Part shown: positions 17,182 to 27,039 of the stretch, piece by piece
Layout: each line of letters starts with the position of its first letter
Position numbering within the stretch: position 1 is the first letter of the stretch
Sequence record: SRR20825006_230
Reading direction: 5' to 3' (one strand)
Length of the DNA: 45,225 nt
Position numbers and translations under genes: made by a program
Notes under the pieces: model-generated
The model's database searches: none
Told to the model about the DNA's origin: nothing
Seen by the model: the letters and a program-made list of their open reading frames with translations, nothing else

Positions 17182-18202
17182 GATGGAAGGTCCTGATGAG
17201 CAGGATGATGAATTGTATGAACATTACAGCTTTACCGCAGGCAAAGGCCAAGAGCCGCTGCGCGTAGATAAATTTCTGATGAATTTTATTGAAAAAGCAA
17301 CGCGTAATAAAATTCAGCAAGCTGCAAAAAATGGAAACATTCAAGTAAACGGAACAGTTGTAAAGCAAAATCATAAAGTAAAAGCCAATGATGTGGTTCG
17401 GGTTCTTTTTGAACACCCACCTTATGAATTTTTACTTACGCCTGAGGATATTCCGCTTGATATTGTTTATGAAGATGACACCCTGCTTGTCGTGAATAAA
17501 CCTGCGGGTATGGTCGTACATCCCGGTCACGGTAATTACAGCGGCACGCTCATTAATGCATTAATCTATCATTTTGATAACCTTCCGGAAAACAGCAGCG
17601 GTAGACCCGGTCTTGTGCATCGTATTGATAAGGACACAAGCGGACTTCTCGTAGTCGCGAAGACTGAAGAAGCAATGACGCATCTTGCGAAGCAGTTTTT
17701 TGATAAAACCAGTGAGCGTGAGTATATCGCGATCGTTTGGGGAAATGTAGAAGAAGATCAAGGAACGGTAGAAGGGCATATAGGCCGTCATCCTAAAAAC
17801 CGTATGCAAAACACGGTTTACGAAGATGGCGATCAAGGTAAGGAAGCGGTAACACATTACAAGGTTTTAGAACGCTTGGGCTATGTCACTAAAATCTCGT
17901 GCAAGCTCGAAACCGGGCGCACGCATCAGATACGTGTGCATATGAAACACATTGGGCACACGCTCTTTAACGACGAGCGCTATGGTGGCGATGTGATCCT
18001 AAAAGGCACCACGTTTACAAAGTATAAACAATTTGTAGAAAACTGCTTTAAAGTGCTGCCCAGACAAGCCTTACACGCGAAAACATTGGGCTTTGAACAT
18101 CCCAAAACCGGCGAGTGGTTGCGCTTTGACAGTGCGATCCCAGAAGATATGGAAGCCTGTATTGAAAAATGGCGCAGTTATGCTAAACACGCAATGGAAT
18201 AG
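17168..18202 (+). CDS. rluD: RluA/RluD-family pseudouridine synthase with S4 domain
   Basis: RVDKFL S4 domain, NKPAGMVVHP, HRIDKDTSG (catalytic Asp), TGRTHQIRVH, RQALHA; 14-bp overlap with the PASTA gene. Confidence 0.9.
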   Translation: MQDFKMEGPDEQDDELYEHYSFTAGKGQEPLRVDKFLMNFIEKATRNKIQQAAKNGNIQVNGTVVKQNHKVKANDVVRVLFEHPPYEFLLTPEDIPLDIVYEDDTLLVVNKPAGMVVHPGHGNYSGTLINALIYHFDNLPENSSGRPGLVHRIDKDTSGLLVVAKTEEAMTHLAKQFFDKTSEREYIAIVWGNVEEDQGTVEGHIGRHPKNRMQNTVYEDGDQGKEAVTHYKVLERLGYVTKISCKLETGRTHQIRVHMKHIGHTLFNDERYGGDVILKGTTFTKYKQFVENCFKVLPRQALHAKTLGFEHPKTGEWLRFDSAIPEDMEACIEKWRSYAKHAME

Positions 18203-18243
18203 CGCTATTGCCATGGCCGTTTTAATTTAAGTACCTTTGACGT

Positions 18244-18429
18244 ATGCTCGATTTCATTCCAGATAATTTACAATCGATTCTCATTATTGTGGTTTTGGCA
18301 GTGCTGTTTCTTGCGGTTATGGCCAACAATAAACGCAACCAAAGTAAATTAAGAGACCGCCGGAAACGCAATTTTAAAACAGATTATTTCAATCTTAAGA
18401 AAGAGCGAGAAGACGATTCTAAATCCTAA
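18244..18429 (+). CDS. small single-pass membrane protein (61 aa)
   Basis: Hydrophobic helix followed by a basic tail; fills the gap between two real genes; TACCTTTG at 18232-18239. Confidence 0.7.
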   Translation: MLDFIPDNLQSILIIVVLAVLFLAVMANNKRNQSKLRDRRKRNFKTDYFNLKKEREDDSKS

Positions 18430-18440
18430 AAACTTTAGCT

Positions 18441-19016
18441 GTGAAAATCTATACTAAAACCGGAGACAAAGGTACCACTGCCCTCTTTGGCGGCACGCGC
18501 GTATCTAAGCACAACATACGTATTGAAAGCTACGGCACCTTAGATGAACTCAACTCCTATTTAGGCTTGTTGCGCGATCAGGAAATAGATGCGCACAGCA
18601 AAACTACTTTGATCTCCATTCAGGAAAAACTATTTGTCATCGGGGCAATTCTGGCGACAGATCCCGAGAAAGCGGTTTTAAAAAATGGCAAAGAGCGCTT
18701 GAATATTGAAAAAGTAAGTGACGCTGATATCCAGCTTTTAGAACAGGAAATGGATGCGATGGATGCTCAGCTTCCACCTATGACGCATTTTATTCTCCCC
18801 GGAGGACATCAAACCGTGTCATTCTGTCACGTAAGCCGTGCGGTATGCCGCAGAGCGGAAAGACTCGCAACGGCTCTTTATCAAGAAGTTCCGTTTGAAG
18901 AAAACGCGCTAAAATACTTAAACCGCCTTTCTGACTACCTCTTTGTACTGGCACGGAAGTTGTCTAAAGACTTGCAAGCCGAAGAGATTAAATGGATTCC
19001 TGAAAAGAAGGGTTAA
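18441..19016 (+). CDS. PduO-type ATP:cob(I)alamin adenosyltransferase (GTG start)
   Basis: KIYTKTGDKGTT, YGTLDELNS, FILPGG, RAVCRRAER, YLNRLSDYLF. Confidence 0.93.
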   Translation: MKIYTKTGDKGTTALFGGTRVSKHNIRIESYGTLDELNSYLGLLRDQEIDAHSKTTLISIQEKLFVIGAILATDPEKAVLKNGKERLNIEKVSDADIQLLEQEMDAMDAQLPPMTHFILPGGHQTVSFCHVSRAVCRRAERLATALYQEVPFEENALKYLNRLSDYLFVLARKLSKDLQAEEIKWIPEKKG

Positions 19017-19155
19017 AACATAGAAAAATCAGGCTTAACCCTCGTAATCACAATAGATTACAGACGTTCATAAAAATAATTTTGAATTAACATTCAATTT
19101 TCTTGGATTTTACGTTAATAAATTTATTTTTGCAAAAAAATAAATACGTTAACTT

Positions 19156-19377
19156 ATGTACTGGACATTAGAACTAGCTTCTCATTTGAGCGACGCACCT
19201 TGGCCTGCAACCAAAGATGAATTGATTGATTATGCGATTAGAACGGGAGCACCATTAGAAGTTGTTGAGAACTTACAAGCTATGGAGGATGAAGGTGACT
19301 CTTATGATTCGATTGACGAAATATGGCCAGACTATCCGTCTGAAGACGACTACCTCTGGAATGAGGATGAATACTAG
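19156..19377 (+). CDS. DUF2795-family small acidic protein
   Basis: MYWTLELAS.L.DAPWPATKDELIDYAIR.GAP.EV pattern; TATTTTTG at 19125-19132. Confidence 0.85.
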   Translation: MYWTLELASHLSDAPWPATKDELIDYAIRTGAPLEVVENLQAMEDEGDSYDSIDEIWPDYPSEDDYLWNEDEY

Positions 19378-19402
19378 ATTTTACAACACTCTAAACATAA
19401 AG

Positions 19403-19428
19403 AAGTCTCGCAATGAGGCTTTTTTTTT
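19403..19428 (+). terminator. intrinsic terminator after the DUF2795 gene
   Basis: AAGTCTCG/TGAGGCTT stem with two G-U pairs, long T run. Confidence 0.75.
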
Positions 19429-19608
19429 GCTTAAATTTGAAGTGCAAAATAGAAGAATTCAGTTTTAAAAATTCTTCAGAAGAATAAAGAAATTTTCATC
19501 ATAGAGATGAAAATCAAAATAACTCCTGAGACTTCAGGATTACAGGAAATTAATTTTTCCCTTTAAAACGAAACCACAGGTTTTGTTGGGATAAAAGAAC
19601 TACCAATT

Positions 19609-22600
19609 ATGGGATTATTAGACAAAGTATTAAAGGTTTTTGTAGGTGACAAATCCAAACAAGATGTCGCTGCCATTCAACCTATTGTTGATAAAATTAA
19701 AAGTTTTGAAGCGCAGCTTGAAGCCTTATCGCACGATGAGCTACGTCAGAAGACCACAGAATTCAAAGCTAAAATCGCAGATGCACTTTCTGATACTAAC
19801 GCAACACTACTTCAGTTAGAGAAAGAAGCTGACGAGACCGAAGACATTGACCGCAAAGAGGAAATTTACGCGGAGATCGACAAACTTAAAGACGAGTCTT
19901 ACAAAATCAGCGAAGCAGTCCTAAACGACATTCTTCCCGAAGCTTTTGCTGTGGTTAAAGAAACTGCAAAACGCTTTGTTCATAATCCGCAATTGAAAGT
20001 TACCGCAAGTGCTTTTGATCGCGAAATAAGCGCAGAAAAAGACTACGTACAACTTGACGGTGATGATGCGATCTGGTCTAACAGCTGGGATGCTGCCGGA
20101 AAGCCTATCACTTGGGATATGATCCATTATGACGTGCAGCTCATAGGTGGTGTGGCCATGCATCAGGGTAAAATTGCAGAGATGCAAACTGGTGAAGGTA
20201 AAACATTAGTGGCAACGCTTCCGGTGTATCTAAACGCACTTACCGGAAATGGTGTACACTTGGTAACGGTTAACGATTACTTAGCAAAACGTGATAGCGC
20301 TTGGATGGCGCCGTTATTTAACTTTCACGGACTCACAGTAGACTGTATCGATTACCACAGGCCTAATTCGGCTGCTCGAAGAAAAGCTTACGCTGCTGAT
20401 ATCACCTATGGTACAAATAACGAATTTGGTTTTGATTACTTGCGTGATAATATGGCGCACGCACCAAACGATCTGGTACAACGCGCTCCTAATTATGCGA
20501 TCGTCGATGAGGTCGACTCGGTATTGGTAGATGATGCGCGTACACCCTTGATCATTTCAGGACCTGTACCCAAAGGAGATCAACACGAGTTTGATGCATT
20601 AAAGCCAAAAATTGATAGCCTGGTAAGCCTTCAGCGTCAACAATTGACAGGAACTTTAGCTGAAGCGAAAAAGCTTATTTCAGCAGGCGACACCAAAGAA
20701 GGTGCTATTCTTTTATTACGCGTATACCGCGGTCTTCCAAAGATTAAAGCGCTGATTAAATACTTGAGTGAAGAAGGAATTCGTCAACTTTTACAGAAGA
20801 CTGAAAACCACTATATGCAAGATAATAATCGCGAGATGCACGTGATTGATTCTGAATTATACTTCACCATTGATGAAAAGAACAACCAGATCGAATTGAC
20901 CGATAAAGGTATCGATCACTTGTCTGGAAAAGAAGACCCTAATTTCTTCATTATGCCGGAAATGGGCGTTGAGATCAGCAAGATCGAAAACGCAAATCTT
21001 TCCACCGAAGAAGAAGCTGAGAAGAAAGAAGAGCTTTTTAGAGAATTCAGTGTTAAGAGTGAGCGTATTCATACGATGAATCAGCTGTTAAAAGCCTATA
21101 CTTTATTTGAAAAAGACACCGAATATGTGGTGATGGACAATAAAGTGAAAATCGTTGATGAGCAAACCGGCCGTATTATGGACGGGCGTCGTTACAGCGA
21201 TGGTTTACACCAGGCGATCGAAGCAAAAGAGAATGTAAAGATCGAAGATGCTACGCAAACTTTTGCAACGGTAACCCTTCAGAATTACTTTAGAATGTAC
21301 CGCAAACTTTCGGGTATGACGGGTACTGCAGTAACAGAAGCAGGCGAATTCTGGGAAATCTACGAATTGGATGTTGTTGAGATTCCTACCAACCGCCCGA
21401 TTGCCAGAGATGACAAAGACGATAAAGTTTATAAAACCAAGCGTGAAAAATACAATGCTGTTATTGATGAAGTACAGCTTCTGGTACAAGCCGGAAGACC
21501 GGTACTTATCGGTACGACTTCGGTAGAAATTTCTGAGATCTTGAGCAGAATGCTTTCGATGCGAAAAATTCAGCATAATGTATTGAACGCCAAATTGCAT
21601 AAAAAAGAGGCCGATATTGTTGCCGATGCAGGTAACGCAGGTCAGGTAACTATCGCTACCAATATGGCGGGTCGTGGTACCGATATTAAATTGAGTAAAG
21701 AAGTAAAAGATGCTGGAGGTCTTGCGATCATAGGTACTGAGCGTCACGATTCGCGTCGTGTAGACCGTCAGTTACGTGGTCGTTCTGGGCGTCAGGGAGA
21801 TCCGGGTAGTTCTCAATTCTACGTGTCGCTTGAAGACAACTTAATGCGTTTATTTGGTTCTGAACGAATCGCTAAAATGATGGACCGTATGGGACTTCAA
21901 GAAGGCGAGGTAATTCAGCACGGAATGATCTCTAAATCTATCGAGCGTGCGCAGAAAAAAGTTGAAGAGAACAACTTTGGAGTACGTAAACGTCTTCTGG
22001 AGTATGATGATGTGATGAATGCGCAACGTGAGGTGATTTATAAGCGTCGTTATCACGCGCTATTTGGTGAGCGTCTTCGCGTAGATGTTGCCAATATGAT
22101 CTACGATACTTCTGAAGCGATCGCCGAAACAAACAAAATGGCACAGGACTTTAAGAACTTTGAGTTTGAGTTGATTCGTTTCTTCTCGATGAGCAGTCCG
22201 GTTGACGAAGCGCAATTTGCGAGTTCGTCTGCAAAACAACTTGCAGTCACCGTTTACGATGCCGCGCTAAAGCACTACAAAGAGAAAATGGAGCGCAACG
22301 CCGCTACCGCTTTCCCTATCATTAGTAATGTTTATGAAAATCCGGAAAGCAACTATGAGCGAATCGTGGTTCCTTTCTCTGACGGAACTAAAGAACTTAA
22401 AGTCGTTACCAATTTAAAAGACGCCTATGAGTCTCAAGGTAAACAACTGATTACCGACTTTGAGAAAAACATTACCCTTGCGATTATTGATGACGCGTGG
22501 AAAACGCATTTACGCAAGATGGATGAATTGAAGCAAAGTGTGCAGCTAGCGGTTCACGAGCAGAAAGATCCGTTATTGATCTATAAGTTTGAAGCTTTTG

Positions 22601-22971
22601 AGTTATTCAAACAAATGATCGATCAAGTGAATAAAGATGTGATTTCCTTCTTATTTAAAGGAGAGTTACCGGTGCAGCAGCAAAATCAGATTAGAGAAGC
22701 GCGTCAAGTACGTCAAACAGAACAAACGCAGACTTCTAAAGAAGAAATTCCTAATCTTGATGAGCGCGCCGCACAAAGTCGTGCAGCAAGTGGTAACACC
22801 CAACCTCAGCGTCAGCAAGTGACTGAGACCATCACCCGTGAGCGTCCTAAAATAGGCCGTAATGATAAAGTAACGATCAAGCACGTGATGAATGGGGAGA
22901 ACAAGACAATGAAGTTTAAACAAGCCATTCCACTTCTTGATAAAGGCGATTGGGTGCTTGTAGATGAGTAA
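19609..22971 (+). CDS. secA: preprotein translocase ATPase SecA (long Bacteroidota type)
   Basis: [67 protein letters not shown]. Confidence 0.98.
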   Translation: MGLLDKVLKVFVGDKSKQDVAAIQPIVDKIKSFEAQLEALSHDELRQKTTEFKAKIADALSDTNATLLQLEKEADETEDIDRKEEIYAEIDKLKDESYKISEAVLNDILPEAFAVVKETAKRFVHNPQLKVTASAFDREISAEKDYVQLDGDDAIWSNSWDAAGKPITWDMIHYDVQLIGGVAMHQGKIAEMQTGEGKTLVATLPVYLNALTGNGVHLVTVNDYLAKRDSAWMAPLFNFHGLTVDCIDYHRPNSAARRKAYAADITYGTNNEFGFDYLRDNMAHAPNDLVQRAPNYAIVDEVDSVLVDDARTPLIISGPVPKGDQHEFDALKPKIDSLVSLQRQQLTGTLAEAKKLISAGDTKEGAILLLRVYRGLPKIKALIKYLSEEGIRQLLQKTENHYMQDNNREMHVIDSELYFTIDEKNNQIELTDKGIDHLSGKEDPNFFIMPEMGVEISKIENANLSTEEEAEKKEELFREFSVKSERIHTMNQLLKAYTLFEKDTEYVVMDNKVKIVDEQTGRIMDGRRYSDGLHQAIEAKENVKIEDATQTFATVTLQNYFRMYRKLSGMTGTAVTEAGEFWEIYELDVVEIPTNRPIARDDKDDKVYKTKREKYNAVIDEVQLLVQAGRPVLIGTTSVEISEILSRMLSMRKIQHNVLNAKLHKKEADIVADAGNAGQVTIATNMAGRGTDIKLSKEVKDAGGLAIIGTERHDSRRVDRQLRGRSGRQGDPGSSQFYVSLEDNLMRLFGSERIAKMMDRMGLQEGEVIQHGMISKSIERAQKKVEENNFGVRKRLLEYDDVMNAQREVIYKRRYHALFGERLRVDVANMIYDTSEAIAETNKMAQDFKNFEFELIRFFSMSSPVDEAQFASSSAKQLAVTVYDAALKHYKEKMERNAATAFPIISNVYENPESNYERIVVPFSDGTKELKVVTNLKDAYESQGKQLITDFEKNITLAIIDDAWKTHLRKMDELKQSVQLAVHEQKDPLLIYKFEAFELFKQMIDQVNKDVISFLFKGELPVQQQNQIREARQVRQTEQTQTSKEEIPNLDERAAQSRAASGNTQPQRQQVTETITRERPKIGRNDKVTIKHVMNGENKTMKFKQAIPLLDKGDWVLVDE

Positions 22972-22992
22972 TAGTATTAGACTTCAAACAGT

Positions 22993-23024
22993 AAAAAAGT
23001 TCGGTTAACAACCGGACTTTTTTT
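22993..23024 (+). terminator. intrinsic terminator after secA
   Basis: AGTTCGGTT/AACCGGACT stem flanked by A and T tracts. Confidence 0.85.
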
Positions 23025-23134
23025 GTGAATAACTATTTGCAATCTGTTGGTTTTAATCTTTACATAAACTTAATATTGCAGCCTTTTTGAGCCTGAAGAA
23101 TACCCCTAGTTTTGTAACCTAAAACCCTATTATA

Positions 23135-23491
23135 TTGTTTTCTAAAGAACGTCTACACAACGAGTTAATTCAATCTACAAACATGTCTGCAGTAGAGCTG
23201 CGTGCGTGGTTGCGCACCGATATTGCTCCTATAACTGTGGCCAATTATAAGGATGCTCCATCACTGGATCAATCTAATAAATTGCTGACGATTCTGATGA
23301 AAAACACCGAAGAGCTTACCAGAACAGATTGCTTTTTTATTCAGAATATTTTGCAACGCATTAAGTATTTAAAAAACAATCGCAGCAAAGAGGGATATGC
23401 GCGTCTTGATTGGGAAAATAGCTTACGCAGCTTAGGCTATGATATCAAGAAGCAACTAAAGCCTGCTAAAAAGTCAAAGGCTTACCACTAA
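23135..23491 (+). CDS. divergent DUF3140-like protein (TTG start uncertain)
   Basis: NMSAVELRAWL...LL.IL.K...ELT..D...W..SL..LGYD resembles the DUF3140 pattern as recalled; TAGTTTTG at 23107-23114. Confidence 0.6.
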   Translation: MFSKERLHNELIQSTNMSAVELRAWLRTDIAPITVANYKDAPSLDQSNKLLTILMKNTEELTRTDCFFIQNILQRIKYLKNNRSKEGYARLDWENSLRSLGYDIKKQLKPAKKSKAYH

Positions 23492-23566
23492 TTATTTTGC
23501 GGCAGCTTTTTTAAATTTTAGAGAATTACACTACCTTCAATACCCTATTTGGTAGCTTCTAATCGT

Positions 23567-24043
23567 ATGAAAAATTTTAGACTTGAACTCAAGTGGGCGG
23601 TCATCTATACGCTTACATTACTCCTTTGGATGGTTTTTGAACGGCTTATGGGTTGGCACGATGAGCATATTGATATGCACCACATCTACACCATGCTGTT
23701 CTACATTCCGGCGATCATTTTATATTATTTCGCTTTAAGTGATAAACGCAATAATTTTTACGGAGGTATCATCACATTTAAACAAGCTTTTTTAAGCGGC
23801 TTAGTACTTTCTGTCTTTATAGCACTGCTTGCAGCGCCGGCACAATACATCACCAGTACTTATATTACGCCTCAGTATTTTAACAATGTGATTGCTTACG
23901 CTGTAGAAAGTGGCAAAATTGCTCCGGAAGAAGCTGCTTCATTCTTTAACCTTAAAAGCTACATGATTCAGTCTGTAGCCGGAAGCCTTGCCTTCGGTCT
24001 TGTTTTAAGTGCTCTTGTGGCATTTTTTGTAAAAAGAAAATGA
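23567..24043 (+). CDS. DUF4199-like multi-TM membrane protein
   Basis: ELKWA, ITFKQAF.SG, ITPQYF motifs; four hydrophobic segments; ATG 23567 preferred. Confidence 0.75.
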   Translation: MKNFRLELKWAVIYTLTLLLWMVFERLMGWHDEHIDMHHIYTMLFYIPAIILYYFALSDKRNNFYGGIITFKQAFLSGLVLSVFIALLAAPAQYITSTYITPQYFNNVIAYAVESGKIAPEEAASFFNLKSYMIQSVAGSLAFGLVLSALVAFFVKRK

Positions 24044-24096
24044 TAAGATCATTTTAAATCTTTCTGCAAAAATCTGCATTGGATTATCTTTGAAGG

Positions 24097-24915
24097 ATGA
24101 CAAAGAAAATTCAATTAATGTGTTCTGATATAGACGGAACACTTCTAAACGCTAAACGCGATATTGCCCCTGAAACTGCTGCTGCAGTTAATAAACTTCC
24201 TCAAGATTTCCCGATTATTCTGGCCTCTTCTAGGATGCCTTCGGCAATGTATTATTTACAGGAAAAAATTGGACGTTTTGGAAGCCCGATCATCAGCTAC
24301 AATGGTGGTCTCGTGCTAGATGGTAAAGGAAACAAGCTTTACAGCCAGACGGTTTCTCTTGATTTTCTTGAAACGGTAATTCAACATCAGCAGGATTACG
24401 ACTACAACATCAGCACCTATTGCACCGATACGTGGCGTACCGCAAAATCAGATTACTGGACTTTGCGAGAAATTAGAAGTACTCGTGTAGAACCCGTTTA
24501 TACGCCGCTTAACGAGCACGTAGCTGTTTTAAAAGCCATTGACGAACAACCGCATAAAATTATGTGTATGGGTTCACCAAAGGCTTTAGATAGTCTGATC
24601 GCGCTTCTTCGTGAAAAACACGGTAATGAAGCACACTTTTACCGCTCAAAAGATGTGTATGTGGAGATCACTCCAAAAAACATTGATAAAAGCAGTGCGC
24701 TAGCGACTTTGATCGATAAAAACTATGGTTTAAAACTAAGTGATGTAATTGCTTTTGGCGACAACTTTAACGACACTACAATGATCAAGAATGTAGGTCT
24801 TGGCGTTGCAGTTGCTAACGCAGCGCAGGAGGTAAAAGATGTTGCAGATTATGTAAGTGAATACACTAACAAAGAACACGCGGTAGCAAAAGCGATTGAA
24901 AAATTCCTCATTTAA
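24097..24915 (+). CDS. Cof-type HAD-IIB hydrolase
   Basis: SDIDGTLL, ASSR, YNGG, K, AFGDNFND..M...G.GVA..NA. Confidence 0.93.
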   Translation: MTKKIQLMCSDIDGTLLNAKRDIAPETAAAVNKLPQDFPIILASSRMPSAMYYLQEKIGRFGSPIISYNGGLVLDGKGNKLYSQTVSLDFLETVIQHQQDYDYNISTYCTDTWRTAKSDYWTLREIRSTRVEPVYTPLNEHVAVLKAIDEQPHKIMCMGSPKALDSLIALLREKHGNEAHFYRSKDVYVEITPKNIDKSSALATLIDKNYGLKLSDVIAFGDNFNDTTMIKNVGLGVAVANAAQEVKDVADYVSEYTNKEHAVAKAIEKFLI

Positions 24916-24961
24916 AACCGCATTAAGAGATTACACGATTATCTAATCTCGATCATTTGGC

Positions 24962-25003
24962 AAAAAAAGAGAGGCGCAACTTCAACCAATCAGTGCGCCT
25001 CTC
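24962..25003 (-). terminator. intrinsic terminator of the TetR-ABC1 operon with a large loop
   Basis: GAGAGGCGCA/TGCGCCTCTC perfect 10-bp stem, 15-nt loop, U7 tail on the minus strand. Confidence 0.85.
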
Positions 25004-25033
25004 AAAACAACCTAACCAATAATCTTCAATCTC

Positions 25034-26344
25034 TTAATCTAAATAGTTTTTATAATTGTTCACTTTGATTTTGGCACCTAAGTCGTGCATCAAATTATAC
25101 AAACCAAAAAACGTGCGGTTGATGTAGAGGAAATGTTTACTTCCACGGTTCCCGTTCATTTTTCGAAGTTGGGTGTCCTTAGAGTATTTATCACTTAAAT
25201 CTGCAATTTGAGCAAAGAAACTTTCATCACTAAAGTCAAAGGTTTCGAGGTGAAAGGGCTTCGTGAACAAGCTTAACATTTCGTGAAACAATGCAGAAAA
25301 GAACGCAGTTTCTTCGGCAGAATCGCTTGTTTTTAAAATTTCAAGCTCAAGCATTTTCGCTTTAAATATTTCAGGATCATTAATATTTTCAGGCTTCGCT
25401 AATTCAAAATAAGGCGTATAAAATTCCTGCGGAACTTTTTTAATACATCCAAAATCGATTGCGATTAGATTATGTTCTTTATCAACCAAGAAGTTTCCGG
25501 GATGAGGATCAGCGTGTACCTGTTTTAGGTGATGCATTTGAAACATATAAAAATCCCATAAAGCTTGCCCAATTTTGTCCGCAGCTTCCTTATCCGTATT
25601 TACCTGAGTAAATTCACTGAGATGAACACCCGTCATCCAATCCATCGTAATGATACGCTCACTGGATAGTTCCGGATAGTATTTAGGAAACCTCAAGTCA
25701 TCAATCACACTGCATTGTTTAGTAATTTCTTGACTTTGCTTTACCTCCAGCAAATAATCTGTTTCTTCCAGCAGTTTTTCTTCGACTTCCTTAAAGTACT
25801 TTTCTTTATCCTTTCCTTTTAAATTGAACATTCGAGTAGCGATTGGCTTCACTAGAGCCAAATCGCTACTGATGCTGTCTGCAACGCCGGGGTATTGAAT
25901 TTTCACAGCAAGTTTTTTCCCATCTAAAGTAGCTTGATGTACTTGACCGATGCTCGCAGCATTAACACTATCTTTCTCGAATGTATCGTATAAATCTTCA
26001 GGATATTTATCCAAATATTTTTTAAATGTTTTGCGTACCAAAGCCGCAGAAAGTGGCGGTACCGAAAACTGAGATAAGGAAAACTTCTCAACATACGCCT
26101 TAGGCAAAATGTTCTTTTCCATACTCAGCATTTGCGCAACTTTAAGCGCACTACCCTTTAAACTTTTGAGTCCGTCATAGATATCTTCGGCATTTTCATC
26201 ATCAAGCGTTTCTCGTGTAATGCTAGAATCGAAGGCTTTTTTGCTATAATACTTAGCATAATTCCCTCCCACTTTCACACCGGTCTTCACCAGCTGTGAT
26301 GCGCGAGAAAGTTTATTGGTAGGTATGTGATCAATCGTTTTCAA
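25034..26344 (-). CDS. ABC1/UbiB (AarF) family atypical kinase (TTG start)
   Basis: LKVAQMLS, AASIGQVH, AVKIQYPG, E.DY..E, HADPHPGNF, IDFGC. Confidence 0.92.
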   Translation of the reverse strand: MKTIDHIPTNKLSRASQLVKTGVKVGGNYAKYYSKKAFDSSITRETLDDENAEDIYDGLKSLKGSALKVAQMLSMEKNILPKAYVEKFSLSQFSVPPLSAALVRKTFKKYLDKYPEDLYDTFEKDSVNAASIGQVHQATLDGKKLAVKIQYPGVADSISSDLALVKPIATRMFNLKGKDKEKYFKEVEEKLLEETDYLLEVKQSQEITKQCSVIDDLRFPKYYPELSSERIITMDWMTGVHLSEFTQVNTDKEAADKIGQALWDFYMFQMHHLKQVHADPHPGNFLVDKEHNLIAIDFGCIKKVPQEFYTPYFELAKPENINDPEIFKAKMLELEILKTSDSAEETAFFSALFHEMLSLFTKPFHLETFDFSDESFFAQIADLSDKYSKDTQLRKMNGNRGSKHFLYINRTFFGLYNLMHDLGAKIKVNNYKNYLD

Positions 26345-26352
26345 ACCGTTTC

Positions 26353-27039
26353 TTATTTAGTTCTAGAAAAGTTTTCTTTAAACAGAAATTTTCCGAAATC
26401 AAGAACGCTTTCTAAAGGCGTTGTATTAAATACGTCAAAAATGGCGTTTACGGATTTCTCAATAGCCACATCCGTTTTTTCAAAACGTGCCGAATTATCC
26501 TCCATCCAATATTTCAGTAGAAACAAGGTCTGTAACCAAGCACCCTCGCTAAAAATAGAAACCGGATTCTTTGTAAATCTTGACGACTTATTTTCATTAT
26601 CCTGCTCGATCAAATCACTTGCAAACTCACGCACTTTTAGGCGCAAATCTCTGAGTTGTGCTAAACTTTTTAAACTGTTTTTCTGTTCTTGTAATGCAAA
26701 AAGCACATAGCTGCGATTTGCGGTCAACACTTCAAAAAACGTATAGAAAAAAGAAAGCATTTTCTCTTTATTGGGATACGTAGCATAATCAGGATTTTTA
26801 TGAAGAACTTGAATTGTGTTATCATAAAACGCTACCCAGACCGCTTCACGGATGCCTTGAAACGAACCAAAGAAATTGTAGAACGCTCCCTCTTCAATAT
26901 TGTGATCTTTACAGAATTTAAATACCGAAGCCGGTTTGTGCCCGTGCTCTAACACGTACTCCATGTACATCATCATTACCGCAGTTGCAGTAACCTTCGG
27001 AGCTTTTTTTGTTGTGGTTGCTTTTTTTGTAGTCGCCAT
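26353..27039 (-). CDS. TetR-like transcriptional regulator
   Basis: SVFKFCK...EE..FYNFFGS HTH region; W..D.S..FEKTD..IEKS C-terminal motif. Confidence 0.78.
   Translation of the reverse strand: MATTKKATTTKKAPKVTATAVMMMYMEYVLEHGHKPASVFKFCKDHNIEEGAFYNFFGSFQGIREAVWVAFYDNTIQVLHKNPDYATYPNKEKMLSFFYTFFEVLTANRSYVLFALQEQKNSLKSLAQLRDLRLKVREFASDLIEQDNENKSSRFTKNPVSIFSEGAWLQTLFLLKYWMEDNSARFEKTDVAIEKSVNAIFDVFNTTPLESVLDFGKFLFKENFSRTK

Noticed and set aside
19921-22923. Several antisense ORFs within secA (up to 180 aa), and similar shadows in trp genes, sulP and htpG
   Set aside because: Fully overlapped by strongly conserved genes; typical antisense open frames without motifs
24927-24950. GAGATTA/TAATCTC hairpin after the HAD gene
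   Set aside because: Weak AT-rich stem with no U tract; cannot assign a function
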